Shown here: in pieces, positions 30,116 through 39,157 of the stretch | Layout of the letters: each line of letters starts with the position of its first letter | Numbering within the stretch: the stretch's first letter is position 1 | Assembly (NCBI GenBank): GCA_018396535.1 | Contig: JAGTQC010000004.1 | Location: 32,001 to 96,000 of the forward strand | DNA: 64,000 bases | From: Candidatus Bathyarchaeota archaeon | GTDB taxonomy: Archaea; Thermoproteota; CALKCG01; B24; DRYS01 | Direction: 5' to 3' | The notes under the pieces: model-generated | Seen by the model: the letters and a program-made list of their open reading frames with translations, nothing else | Databases searched by the model: none | Told to the model about the DNA's origin: nothing | Program-made: the position numbers and the translations under genes

Positions 30116-31144
30116 TCTATTATCTAGCTTATCCTCCATGCCATACCTTTCTAGAGCGTACCAGAGGATGGTGCATATTAGCTCGTCGTAGCTATATCCG
30201 GCTGCTCTAGCAGCTGTAGGTAGGGCTGAGTGTGCATCTGGATTCGGTATCAATCCTGGTAGAGGGTTGACTTCCATTATGCGTGGTTCACCGTATCTAT
30301 CTAGCCTGACGTCTATACGGCATAGATCTCTGCATCCTAGGACTCTAAACGTTTTGAGAGCTATATCTTTAAGCTTGGATTCTAAGCTTAACGGTATATC
30401 TGCCGGGCATCGTAGTATATCTAGCGGATTGTTCGGTGTATCCCAAAGCCATTTAGCTTCGTAGGAGTATATGGGGCTAGCTTCCCTCGGTAATTTATCG
30501 AGTAGAATCTCTACTATCGGTAGTACGACTGGACTCCTATTACCTAGGATTCCTATAGTGAATTCTCTACCAGGTAGGAATTCCTCGACTATAGCGGGTT
30601 GTTTATAAGTCGATATAACCCATGAAACCTGTTTTCTAAGAGCCTCCGCATCCCTGACGAGAGATGTGCTTCTAATACCTTTGCTCGACCCCTCTCTTAG
30701 AGGTTTAACTATGAGTGGAAATTCCAGATAGTCTTCGAGCTTCTCTTCAACTGATTCAAACACCTGGAATTTAGGTGATGGCAGCCCATACGATGATAAT
30801 ACCTGGTGGGTTAGAGCTTTATCCAGACATATAGCTAGGGTAGCGGGGCCAGATCCGGTATATGGTATACCCAGCATCTCGAGTATGGAAGGTATATGCG
30901 ATTCTCTACTCTCACCTCTTAGCCCCTCAGCTATATTGAACACTATATCTGGTTTCTCGCTTCTAAGCCGTAGGTAGGAATCCTCATCGGCTTCGATCTT
31001 CACGACACTACATCCACTCTTCTCTAGAGCTTTAGCTATAGCTTCTACAGTTTCCTCTTCATCATATTCTACATAGTAGTCTTCTGGTAGATCTGATGCG
31101 GCAGGTCTTCTTAGATTATACGTTATACATACCTTCAGCGGCAT
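30086..31144 (-). CDS. D-Ala-D-Ala-ligase-like ATP-grasp amide ligase (EVNPLPG type)
   Basis: FNIAEG..G.SRES, PYTGS, LDK, IVKP..EGSSKG, EEFLPGREFT, YEAKW, RIDVR, EVNPLPGL. Confidence 0.88.
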   Translation of the reverse strand: MPLKVCITYNLRRPAASDLPEDYYVEYDEEETVEAIAKALEKSGCSVVKIEADEDSYLRLRSEKPDIVFNIAEGLRGESRESHIPSILEMLGIPYTGSGPATLAICLDKALTHQVLSSYGLPSPKFQVFESVEEKLEDYLEFPLIVKPLREGSSKGIRSTSLVRDAEALRKQVSWVISTYKQPAIVEEFLPGREFTIGILGNRSPVVLPIVEILLDKLPREASPIYSYEAKWLWDTPNNPLDILRCPADIPLSLESKLKDIALKTFRVLGCRDLCRIDVRLDRYGEPRIMEVNPLPGLIPNPDAHSALPTAARAAGYSYDELICTILWYALERYGMEDKLDNRSLVKLPRPI

Positions 31145-31171
31145 AGCTCTTCTAATAGCCTCCCTTTAAGT

Positions 31172-32287
31172 CTAGGGAGGCGTAGCGTAGGCTATAGCCT
31201 CCTCCTCTATGGGAGGCTGCGGATACACGTATATATTGCCTTCATAGTTCCTGAGGATCACCTTATCCTTATCGAATGCTACTATATAGTTTGGTTGAAT
31301 CGGTATTTTACCCCCGCCGCCCGGAGCATCTATAACGTATCTAGGTATAGCTAAACCAGATGTATAGCCTATAAGCGATTCGAGTATCTTTATACCCGTC
31401 TCTACTCTGGTTCTGAAGTGGGATGCCCCCTTAACTAGATCCATCTGGAATAGGTAGTATGGCCTAACACGTATCTTTAATAGTTTATGTAGGAGTTCCT
31501 TCATAACCTTGGGGTCGTCGTTGACCCCCTTCAATAGTACGGATTGATTACCTAGTGGTATACCCGCATCTGCTAGTAATCCGCATGCTCTTTCACTCTC
31601 CTCCGTTATCTCTCTAGGATGATTGAAGTGTACGTTAACATATAGTGGATGATATTTCTTCAATATACTGCATAGCTTAGGGGTTATCCTTTGCGGTAGT
31701 GTACAGGGCATTCTAGATCCTATTCTTACAATCTCCACATGCTGTATAGCTCTAACCTTACCTAATATGCGATCTAGAGTCTCATCTGGAAGCATGAATG
31801 GATCTCCACCGGAGAGTAGTACATCTCTTATAGATGGGTTACCCTTGATATACTCTATCTGTTTAGCCCATTCATCCATAGACAACCTCGCAGGGGATCT
31901 TCCCACCATCCTCTTCCTAGTACAGAATCTACAGTATGTAGCGCATACGGTTGATACACACATAAGAACTCTATCAGGGTATCTATGAACTAAACCTGGT
32001 ACGGGGCTATCTCCCTCTTCATCTAGCGGATCCTCAATTCCGTACGGGTCTTTAAGTTCTAGTGGGCTAGGTATACACTGCATCCATATGGGATCGCCAA
32101 CCTCCTCTATGAGGTTGAAGTAGTATCTAGAAACTCTCATAGGATATACGGATACAACGGCTTTGAGAGGTTCTATATCGATCCTAAATTTCTCCGTTAT
32201 CTGCTCTGGTTTAGTGATAAGGTCTTTAAGAAGGGTTCTCCAATCCTCTTCTACCACTCCCCTCTCCAGCCCTCCCTCTAAAACCAA
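31172..32287 (-). CDS. kamA: KamA family radical SAM/PLP lysine 2,3-aminomutase
   Basis: HRYPDRVL, CATYCRFCTR (CxxxCxxC), LLSGGDP, HFNHPRE, NQSVLLKGVND, YLFQMDL, VIDAPGGGGKIP (PLP Lys). Confidence 0.92.
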   Translation of the reverse strand: MVLEGGLERGVVEEDWRTLLKDLITKPEQITEKFRIDIEPLKAVVSVYPMRVSRYYFNLIEEVGDPIWMQCIPSPLELKDPYGIEDPLDEEGDSPVPGLVHRYPDRVLMCVSTVCATYCRFCTRKRMVGRSPARLSMDEWAKQIEYIKGNPSIRDVLLSGGDPFMLPDETLDRILGKVRAIQHVEIVRIGSRMPCTLPQRITPKLCSILKKYHPLYVNVHFNHPREITEESERACGLLADAGIPLGNQSVLLKGVNDDPKVMKELLHKLLKIRVRPYYLFQMDLVKGASHFRTRVETGIKILESLIGYTSGLAIPRYVIDAPGGGGKIPIQPNYIVAFDKDKVILRNYEGNIYVYPQPPIEEEAIAYATPP

Positions 32288-32309
32288 AGATCGTGATGAT
32301 ACATTGTAG

Positions 32310-32323
32310 ATATAAGCTTTTCT
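32310..32323 (-). promoter_or_regulatory. BRE/TATA promoter of the kamA-ligase operon (near-leaderless)
   Basis: Minus strand AGAAAAGCTTATAT about 23 nt upstream of TTG 32287. Confidence 0.55.
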
Positions 32324-32589
32324 AAATGCTTCTAACCACTCAGGTATACTATACTAGGAGGTTGCAGGTTAGGTTAAGCTATACTGAAAACTGCTACTCT
32401 ATCGCTATGTATACTTTAGGGATGTAGTTGGAAGATTTATTCAGATCGCATACTACCAGTTTCGGAAAATACACTTGTAGCTGTATAGATTTGTTGGTGT
32501 ACCTCTCCTCGTATAGAGTGTATGGTTATCTAGAGAAGCTTGATGGGTTTATAGTGATCTCTAGGTGTAGGTATACTAGACTAGTAACT

Positions 32590-34155
32590 TTAGCCTAGGA
32601 ATCTTCTAAGCATGGCTGCTTTAACCAAGTAGTCTTCGGAATCCTTCCTACCTAGAAGGAATGCTATTAGGAAGCTGTTAACTGTGTTAAGGTATAGCTT
32701 ATCATCTAAGCTAGCTGCTCCAAGCTTTATACCTAGATTCTCTGCTTCAGATAGATCCTCAATATACATATCTAGTACATCGCTCGGTATACTTCTACAA
32801 TACTTCTCTAGTAGATCTATATTCTCCATGTTTACGTGGCGTGCAGCATAGCTTAGATCGACGTGGATCTTAACGTATAGATCTTTCACTATATTCCACT
32901 CGTATTCGTTTAGTTCGGTTAGAGATGATAAGCCTATAAACTCTGGTGGTATACCTAGACTGTAGAGTGCGGATACATATGGTATGGCTCTGGGGAGTTT
33001 AACCGGGCCTACACTCCTAGTATACCCGTATAAGCCTATATGTAGTCTTCTAGCTCTTCTAGCTGGGACCAGCGTTGCTACATCGTTTACGAGTTTAGCT
33101 AGCTTGGTAACCTCTTTCTGATATCTGCTTACTAGCTTATTTAGTATCGATACTATGTTATCCATATTCGTCTCCACATAGTCTGCTAGATCATCCAGAT
33201 AGTATGATTCATCCTTCTTGAATACCTTACCTATATACTCTATGGCTTTCGCTACGATGTTTATAGGGTGGTCATACTTGAAGGATGATTGTATGGTTAC
33301 GGTTTTGTAACCTCTATACTCTTCTAAAGCATTCTCTATATTCTGTGGTGATATATGTCCTCTAAACGGTGGAGGGCCGCCGCCTATTACAGGGTATATA
33401 TCTATCCTATACTCCTCCATAAGCCTATAAATCTTAGCTAACGCTATCTTCGCTAGTATGGTTGCCGGTATTAATCCATAGTTTAAAGCCGGATCGGATC
33501 TAGCTATGAATACTCTTAGATACTTGGGTTTTATCTTAGCGATGTAGCCTCCGACTATGGTATCTAGTTTAAGTATGCTATCCATATCCTCTAGTAGGGG
33601 TATGACCTCTATAGATTCAGGCTTCGTAGAGCCTATTATATCCGATAGGGGTGTATTATCGAATAGCTTGATAGAATTCCTACTAGCTATTAAGCTTCGA
33701 TAGGTTTCGTAGACTGTTAGGATATCTCTAGGTGATGTAGTTAGGGGTAGTATAACCTCGAATACTGGTGGGTTTTCTAAGCCGCATATGGTTTTAACGT
33801 AGTCGTAGAATCTAGGGATGGTTTCTAGACATTCTATGAAGCTCTTCCTCTCTATAGTCTCTACGAATGGGTTGGGTAGCCTATATGTTAGGAAGTATTC
33901 TTCACCGAGTTTATGTTCTGTGAAGAAGCTTTTATCGATAAATAGTAGTTTACGTACTACATGGATATCCGCATCCTTACCTTCCCAATCCCACATCTGT
34001 TCGTCTATGTTAAGTTTTCTAAAGACGTAGTATGCCTCGTATACTTCATCATCGCCATCTAGTATATCGGTACCGCGTAGCCATGGAGGTGTGAAGACGT
34101 TATCAGGATGCTGTGTAGACATAGTCGCTGGTATCTTCCTATCTATTCTAGACAA
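32590..34155 (-). CDS. ppcA: Archaeal-type phosphoenolpyruvate carboxylase
   Basis: MSTQHPDN, MWDWEGK, IPLLED, RVFIARSDPALNYG, PFRG, LPRAI, RRFLG end. Confidence 0.95.
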   Translation of the reverse strand: MSRIDRKIPATMSTQHPDNVFTPPWLRGTDILDGDDEVYEAYYVFRKLNIDEQMWDWEGKDADIHVVRKLLFIDKSFFTEHKLGEEYFLTYRLPNPFVETIERKSFIECLETIPRFYDYVKTICGLENPPVFEVILPLTTSPRDILTVYETYRSLIASRNSIKLFDNTPLSDIIGSTKPESIEVIPLLEDMDSILKLDTIVGGYIAKIKPKYLRVFIARSDPALNYGLIPATILAKIALAKIYRLMEEYRIDIYPVIGGGPPPFRGHISPQNIENALEEYRGYKTVTIQSSFKYDHPINIVAKAIEYIGKVFKKDESYYLDDLADYVETNMDNIVSILNKLVSRYQKEVTKLAKLVNDVATLVPARRARRLHIGLYGYTRSVGPVKLPRAIPYVSALYSLGIPPEFIGLSSLTELNEYEWNIVKDLYVKIHVDLSYAARHVNMENIDLLEKYCRSIPSDVLDMYIEDLSEAENLGIKLGAASLDDKLYLNTVNSFLIAFLLGRKDSEDYLVKAAMLRRFLG

Positions 34156-34216
34156 TCTAACCCTCTACCAGACAAGTATAATCTTGGATATAAGGGTTAG
34201 TGTAGGAGCTCTACTG

Positions 34217-34230
34217 TTTAAATATTTAAA
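34217..34230. promoter_or_regulatory. Palindromic bidirectional TATA element between divergent ppcA and rps11
   Basis: TTTAAATATTTAAA perfect palindrome. Confidence 0.55.
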
Positions 34231-34275
34231 TCTAGGGTTTCTACCTTCTTATCGGTATCTGAGGGTTGGATAGAT

Positions 34276-34686
34276 TTGAGTGGGGAATCTAAGAGGGAGG
34301 TAAAGGAGAGGTGGGGTATAGCTCACATATACAGTTCATCGAATAATACGATAGTCCATATAACAGATCTTAGTGGTAGGGAGACTATAGCTATGGGTAT
34401 AGGTGGTATGTTTGTTAAGGCTGATAGGTTAGGCGGGTCTCCGTATGCTGCTGTGAGAGCTGCTATGCATGCAGCTACGATAGCTAAGGATAAGGGTATA
34501 ACTGCTCTACATATAAAGGTTAGGGCTCCTGGTGGTGTTAAATCTAAGACTCCTGGACCTGGAGCTATGCATGCTATAAGGGTTCTAGCTAGATCGGGGT
34601 TTAAGATAGGTCGTATCGAGGATGTAACACCTATACCGCATGATGGTACTAGGCGTCCAGGAGGTAGGAGGGGTAGGAGGGTTTAG
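34276..34686 (+). CDS. rps11: 30S ribosomal protein uS11
   Basis: [52 protein letters not shown]. Confidence 0.97.
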   Translation: MSGESKREVKERWGIAHIYSSSNNTIVHITDLSGRETIAMGIGGMFVKADRLGGSPYAAVRAAMHAATIAKDKGITALHIKVRAPGGVKSKTPGPGAMHAIRVLARSGFKIGRIEDVTPIPHDGTRRPGGRRGRRV

Positions 34687-34706
34687 TGGATCCTTTATCC
34701 TGCCTT

Positions 34707-35234
34707 TTAGGTTGCTGTAGCTAGGATCCTTCTAACCGGGTGATCTGGATTGTTATACGGGCTTTTATAGGAGTATCTTATAAGCTCCTCCTCCCCTCTC
34801 ATAACCATGTATGATGGTATTCTAACTATCTTATCCCCTACCGCTATATGTCCATGGACTATCATCTGTCTAGCCTGTATTATCGTTTTGGCAAGTCCTA
34901 GTTTATAGACTAGGGTTTGTAGTCTTCTATCGAGTAGATCTTCGACTTTAAGATCTAGGATCCTATCTAGATCTGCATCCTTTGATAGTATACCCATATC
35001 GTATAGCTTATCTATGAGTATCCTAGCCTCCCTCTCCCTCTCTTCTGGTGGTAGAGCTAGGAGGGTTCTAGCTCTATGTCTAAACTTAGATAGCATAGTC
35101 TGGTACTTCCATAGCTCCCTCTTATTCCTAAGCCCATACTCTCCTACTAGTCTAAGCTCCTCCTGTAGTCTAGCAGTATCCCATGGTCTACGTGGTGTTT
35201 CATACTTCTTCCTAGGCTTCTTAGGATCACCCAT
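34707..35234 (-). CDS. rps4: 30S ribosomal protein uS4
   Basis: MGDPKKPRKKYETP, YGLRNKRELW, RRLQTLV, QARQ.IVHGHI, PSY. Confidence 0.97.
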   Translation of the reverse strand: MGDPKKPRKKYETPRRPWDTARLQEELRLVGEYGLRNKRELWKYQTMLSKFRHRARTLLALPPEEREREARILIDKLYDMGILSKDADLDRILDLKVEDLLDRRLQTLVYKLGLAKTIIQARQMIVHGHIAVGDKIVRIPSYMVMRGEEELIRYSYKSPYNNPDHPVRRILATAT

Positions 35235-35237
35235 ACC

Positions 35238-35690
35238 CTACTTCTTCCTCCTAACCACACCTACAGTCCTACCCTTCCTACCAGTAGTCCTAGTCTTCTG
35301 CCCTCTAACCTTCAATCCTAAAGCGTGTCTTATACCCTTCCAGCATCTAATCTCCTTCATAAACTCTATATCCATCCTTTGTCTAAGCTCCCATTCGCCA
35401 CCGATTAGAAGCTCATCCCTCCCATTCTCAGGTGCTCTCTGCCTATTCAGTAGGAAGCCTCTTATACCGTAATCCCACGGCCTCCTGAATACATCCTCTA
35501 CTCTTTTAACTTCATCCTCGGTTAGGAAGCCTATCCTCCTATCCGGGTTTATACCTGCTACATGAGCTATAGCATAGCCTAGCCTAACACCTATACCTCT
35601 AATCGAAGCTAGGCCATACGGTACTTTAAGAGATCCATCTACATCGTGCCCAGCTATACGGATGATAGGCTTATACTCCCTACTACTCAA
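35238..35690 (-). CDS. rps13: 30S ribosomal protein uS13
   Basis: IIRIAG.DVDG, I.GIG, W.GIRH..GLKVRGQ.TRTTGR.G.TVGV; TTG 35690 preferred over 35738, which overlaps the TATA region. Confidence 0.95.
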   Translation of the reverse strand: MSSREYKPIIRIAGHDVDGSLKVPYGLASIRGIGVRLGYAIAHVAGINPDRRIGFLTEDEVKRVEDVFRRPWDYGIRGFLLNRQRAPENGRDELLIGGEWELRQRMDIEFMKEIRCWKGIRHALGLKVRGQKTRTTGRKGRTVGVVRRKK

Positions 35691-35784
35691 CCCTACATCA
35701 AACCCTATAACGCGTATATTTAAATATTCACGAAGCAAACATAAGGTTTAAAAACTAGACGATTAGAGAAAATCAAAACTTGAT

Positions 35785-35858
35785 GCCGCCGTAGCTCAGC
35801 CAGGTAGAGCAGCGGGCTGTTAACCCGTTGGTCGTCGGTTCGAATCCGACCGGCGGCG
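35785..35858 (+). tRNA. tRNA-Asn(GTT), intronless, CCA not encoded
   Basis: Acceptor GCCGCCG/CGGCGGC, anticodon arm GCGGG-CTGTTAA-CCCGT, T arm GTCGG-TTCGAAT-CCGAC. Confidence 0.97.
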
Positions 35859-35859
35859 T

Positions 35860-36372
35860 CATCTATAATCTTTGAAATAGATCGTAGATTCTTCTACCCT
35901 ACTTCTTCTAAAACCTTGTATTTATCTATATGGTGGAAATGTTCATCGATTATTCTAGCTGTGGTTGATGCATATTCGTTATCGTAATCTCTACCCGGTT
36001 ATCCCTAAATCTAGATTTAGGTATGGTGGAGCCGGCTCCCCGTTTTCATAGAGGTTTGATCTTGAATCCTCTACTTATTCATGGATTTCTTTATCATCTT
36101 TATTTTTCAGAAGAGTATCTACCGTTTGTTCAAATCTTTGTATACTTCTTAGAAGGGTGGGAGAATAATGTTTGGAAGATGTATTCTTGGATACTGTATT
36201 CCTAGAGGATGCTGATGTATGAGAGGTTTAGATTTACCGGTACCTTTTCAGAAGGGTTCTTCTAGAGATTCTTAGCTAAGCTTGGTAGTGTTTTAGCTTC
36301 ATCTTCTGTTATCGGTTTGAGGTTGTAGAGGTTTACCGGTAGTTTTATAGGAATGTGGGGTTGTGTATCTAT
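35860..36372 (-). pseudogene. Decayed coding remnants (one fragment resembles a PIN/VapC C-terminus)
   Basis: Minus-strand protein-like frames broken by stops: IDTQPHIPIKLPVNLYNLKPITEDEAKTLPSLAKNL*..., and ASTTARIIDEHFHHIDKYKVLEEVG*. Confidence 0.3.
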
Positions 36373-36418
36373 TGGGGAGCTTTATATTGGAAGGGGTTTT
36401 GATCTAGCATGATGGAGG

Positions 36419-37357
36419 GTGTGGGGTGTCTGCTTGGTGAGGGTTAGCTTTAGGGATATAGGTTTAAGGTATACTTTAAGTCCTTATGAGAAGCCGGTAG
36501 CATATGTGAAACCTGGGGGTTTGATCGTAGTCGAGGTTGAGGATGCTTCTTCTGGGCAGATAAGGAAGCCGGGTGATGTAAGGGATAGGGGTAGGATACC
36601 CTTCGGGAATCCTCTAGTAGGGCCTATATATGTGGAGGGTGCGAAGCCTGGGGGATCCGTAATCGTGACTATAGAGGATATCAAACCGACGATAGGTCAG
36701 GGTGCGATATACTTCTCAGATTTTACTGAGAGGTATCTTACAGAGGTTCCTATACTAAGGTTTATGAGAACGGCTTTCCCGTATAGGATGAAGATATGTA
36801 GGATAGAGGGTGATACAGTCTTCTTCGATGGGTTGAAGCTTCCCTATAAGCCTATGGTTGGTACTATAGGGACGGCGCCTTATCTAGAGGTTGAGAGTGT
36901 ATCTTCAAGCCTCCTTCCAGGTAGGCATGGTGGGAATATGGATATACCAGATATCTGTCCTGGGAGTAGGGTAAGCCTCCCAGTATTCTATGAGGGGGCT
37001 CTACTCTATGTTGGGGATGTGCATGCGATACAGGGTGATGGCGAGATCTCCGGTACGGCTATAGAGATGCCTGCTGAGGTAGCTCTTAGGATCGATATCT
37101 CCGAGCAGGGTTTAAGATGGCCTAGGATAGAGAGTGGGGAGGAGATGATGTGTATCGCAACTACGGGTTCTGGAAGAAGCTTTGAGGATGCTGTAAGGAT
37201 AGCGTTTCTAGAATTAGCGTTGTGGATTGAGGAAAGGTATGGTATAGATAGGTTTGATGGATTGATGATCTGCTCCATAGCTGGGAAGATCAGGGTTGGG
37301 AATCTATGGTCTTTAGCTGCGAAGATCGAGAAGAGGTATCTAGATAGATCGTTGTAG
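36419..37357 (+). CDS. Acetamidase/formamidase family amidohydrolase
   Basis: DASSGQI, GNPLVGPIYVEGAKPG, PMVGTIGTAP, PG.HGGNMD, GDVHA.QGDGEI.GTAIE; true start may be a few codons downstream. Confidence 0.92.
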   Translation: MWGVCLVRVSFRDIGLRYTLSPYEKPVAYVKPGGLIVVEVEDASSGQIRKPGDVRDRGRIPFGNPLVGPIYVEGAKPGGSVIVTIEDIKPTIGQGAIYFSDFTERYLTEVPILRFMRTAFPYRMKICRIEGDTVFFDGLKLPYKPMVGTIGTAPYLEVESVSSSLLPGRHGGNMDIPDICPGSRVSLPVFYEGALLYVGDVHAIQGDGEISGTAIEMPAEVALRIDISEQGLRWPRIESGEEMMCIATTGSGRSFEDAVRIAFLELALWIEERYGIDRFDGLMICSIAGKIRVGNLWSLAAKIEKRYLDRSL

Positions 37358-37394
37358 ATACACAGTTTGTTAAGCTAGATGCAGCTCATATCTA

Positions 37395-37660
37395 ACTATA
37401 GATCTATAACAGTGTATCCTTCCCATCATAGATTCTCTTCAACAACTCTACTCATCAGCTCTCGTAAACCTCTAATCCTTGATACCCCCACTATCAGGAA
37501 TAGGTTGTAGAGGATAACACCCCCAGTTTTCAGAAGCTTAGCATCCCTACCCTAGCAATCCTCGATCAATCCTACACACCTAGAAATCATACATAAGAAT
37601 AGCTAAGATCGCTAACATCATAGACCCCGACGATATATTCCAAACAAAATAAACACATCA
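37395..37660 (-). pseudogene. Decayed coding remnant, possibly methyltransferase-like
   Basis: Minus-strand fragment DAKLLKTGGVILYNLFL...RVVEENL*WEGYTVIDL* with internal stops. Confidence 0.25.
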
Positions 37661-37750
37661 CATACTAGCTATGGGTAAACCCCATACCGGATATCATGGA
37701 TAAATATAGGGGGGTATAGAAATACTCAAACACCCCTAATGATAAGGCTA

Positions 37751-37825
37751 TGCTCCGGGCGGGATTTGAACCCGCGACCCCTGGCTCGAAAGGCCAGGAT
37801 ACTTACCAGGCTATACGACCGGAGC
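37751..37825 (-). tRNA. tRNA-Glu(TTC), intronless, CCA not encoded
   Basis: Reverse complement: acceptor GCTCCGG/CCGGAGC, anticodon arm CTGGC-CTTTCGA-GCCAG, T arm GCGGG-TTCAAAT-CCCGC. Confidence 0.96.
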
Positions 37826-37898
37826 CCCCGAATGGTTCACTATTACCCTATGGCTAGATTAAAGTTTTTCTTTTCATAGCATCGTATAGATTTTAGCC

Positions 37899-38681
37899 TT
37901 GCCTATACAAGATAGGATTTACGGTGTGATACTAGCTGCTGGTAGGGGTAGGAGGCTTGCACCATACACTGATGCTGTTCCTAAGGAGCTTCTACCTATA
38001 GGTAGTAAACCTGTTATACAATACTGTGTAGAAGCTTTGAGAGATGCTGGTGTTAAACGTGTATTCATAGTTCTTAGTCAGGGTAAGGATGCTATAATAG
38101 AATATTTTAAGAATGGATCTAGATTCGATATCTATATAGCATACCTGTATCAAGATCTTGAAGCTGGGGTTGGTACAGCTAAGGCTATCGAAGCTGTTAG
38201 AGGCTGGGTTAACGGTGATTTCATAGTAATGTATGGTGATACATTCTTCCATCCATCAAGCTTCATATCATCTATGCTCGACTTCCACTATACTAGGAAA
38301 TCTAAAGCTACCATCGGGCTCTACCATATAGTAGGTGATCCTAGAAGATTCGGTGTAGTTAGGATTAACACCGATTATAGAATCCTAGAGATCGTGGAGA
38401 GGCCGTCACAGACTATGCTAGATAAGCTTATAATCGATGGTGGATACCTAGTTAATTCAGGTCCTCTAATCTTATCTCAAGATATATTCCGCTACATAGA
38501 TAGGACTGGTATCTCCCCGGATGGGGAGTATTGGATAACAGAGAGTATAAGACTTATGATAGTAGATAATCTTCCAGTCTACGGTTATAGAATACCGAGC
38601 CAGGTATTCTGGAGGGATGTGGGTACTCAGGAATCTAGACTCGAAGCTGAGAGGTATGCTTTAGAGAAGCTTAACCCTTAG
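37899..38681 (+). CDS. Sugar-phosphate nucleotidyltransferase (RmlA/GalU-like)
   Basis: ILAAGRGRRLAPYT...PKELLPIG.KP, GTAKA, YGD, FGVV, WRDVGT. Confidence 0.88.
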   Translation: MPIQDRIYGVILAAGRGRRLAPYTDAVPKELLPIGSKPVIQYCVEALRDAGVKRVFIVLSQGKDAIIEYFKNGSRFDIYIAYLYQDLEAGVGTAKAIEAVRGWVNGDFIVMYGDTFFHPSSFISSMLDFHYTRKSKATIGLYHIVGDPRRFGVVRINTDYRILEIVERPSQTMLDKLIIDGGYLVNSGPLILSQDIFRYIDRTGISPDGEYWITESIRLMIVDNLPVYGYRIPSQVFWRDVGTQESRLEAERYALEKLNP

Positions 38682-39151
38682 AGTATCTTCTCCATAACTA
38701 TGAATCTAGGTTTAAACCCAGATCTACTATAGAGCTTTATAGCTCTCCTATTCCCAACCCATACGGTTATCCTAACTCTACTATAACCTCTAGATTTAAG
38801 TCGTGATAAGCATTCCTCTAGGAGTCTCCTACCTATACCCTTACCCCTATACTCTGGTACTACATAGAGATCTGTGATAACAGCGTATCTATCCTTCTCT
38901 CTAAGCTTGAATGGGAAGCTATAACTCCTAGATGCTATAAACCCAGCTAGTATACCGTTATACTCGGCTACGAGTATACTCTCCGGATCCTCGATGTACG
39001 CTCCAACCATATACTCAACCCACATCCTTCTAGCATCATCATCTAGTATAAACTTCAGATCGCTAGCTTCGCTATCATCCATAAGCTTAACCCAAAGTTC
39101 TACTAGCTTCTCCACATCCTCTATAGATCTAGCAGGTCTAACTACTAGCAA
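38678..39151 (-). CDS. GNAT family N-acetyltransferase
   Basis: LYVVPEYRGKGIGRRLL (motif A), N.RAIKLY...GF (motif B). Confidence 0.9.
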   Translation of the reverse strand: MLVVRPARSIEDVEKLVELWVKLMDDSEASDLKFILDDDARRMWVEYMVGAYIEDPESILVAEYNGILAGFIASRSYSFPFKLREKDRYAVITDLYVVPEYRGKGIGRRLLEECLSRLKSRGYSRVRITVWVGNRRAIKLYSRSGFKPRFIVMEKIL

Positions 39152-39157
39152 AGCAGG

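Noticed and set aside
29114-31144. Peptidoglycan or pseudomurein synthesis from the Ddl-like genes
   Set aside because: Ddl-specific residues are absent, and there are no mur, alr or mraY genes in the window.
32326-32598. Plus-strand frame of 33 aa + TAG + 56 aa between kamA and ppcA, considered as a precursor peptide or amber read-through
   Set aside because: Not protein-like, no repeated core motif, and TAG is a common true stop in this window.
36023-36205. 60-aa plus-strand ORF in the tRNA island
   Set aside because: Low-complexity aromatic sequence opposite decayed minus-strand fragments; no SD or family signal.
35785-37825. Intact integrative element or att sites at the tRNAs
   Set aside because: No integrase and no duplicated tRNA 3' end found by eye.
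38678-39151. GNAT as the AblB partner of KamA
   Set aside because: Short single-domain GNAT 6 kb away in a different operon; AblB is longer and adjacent to ablA.
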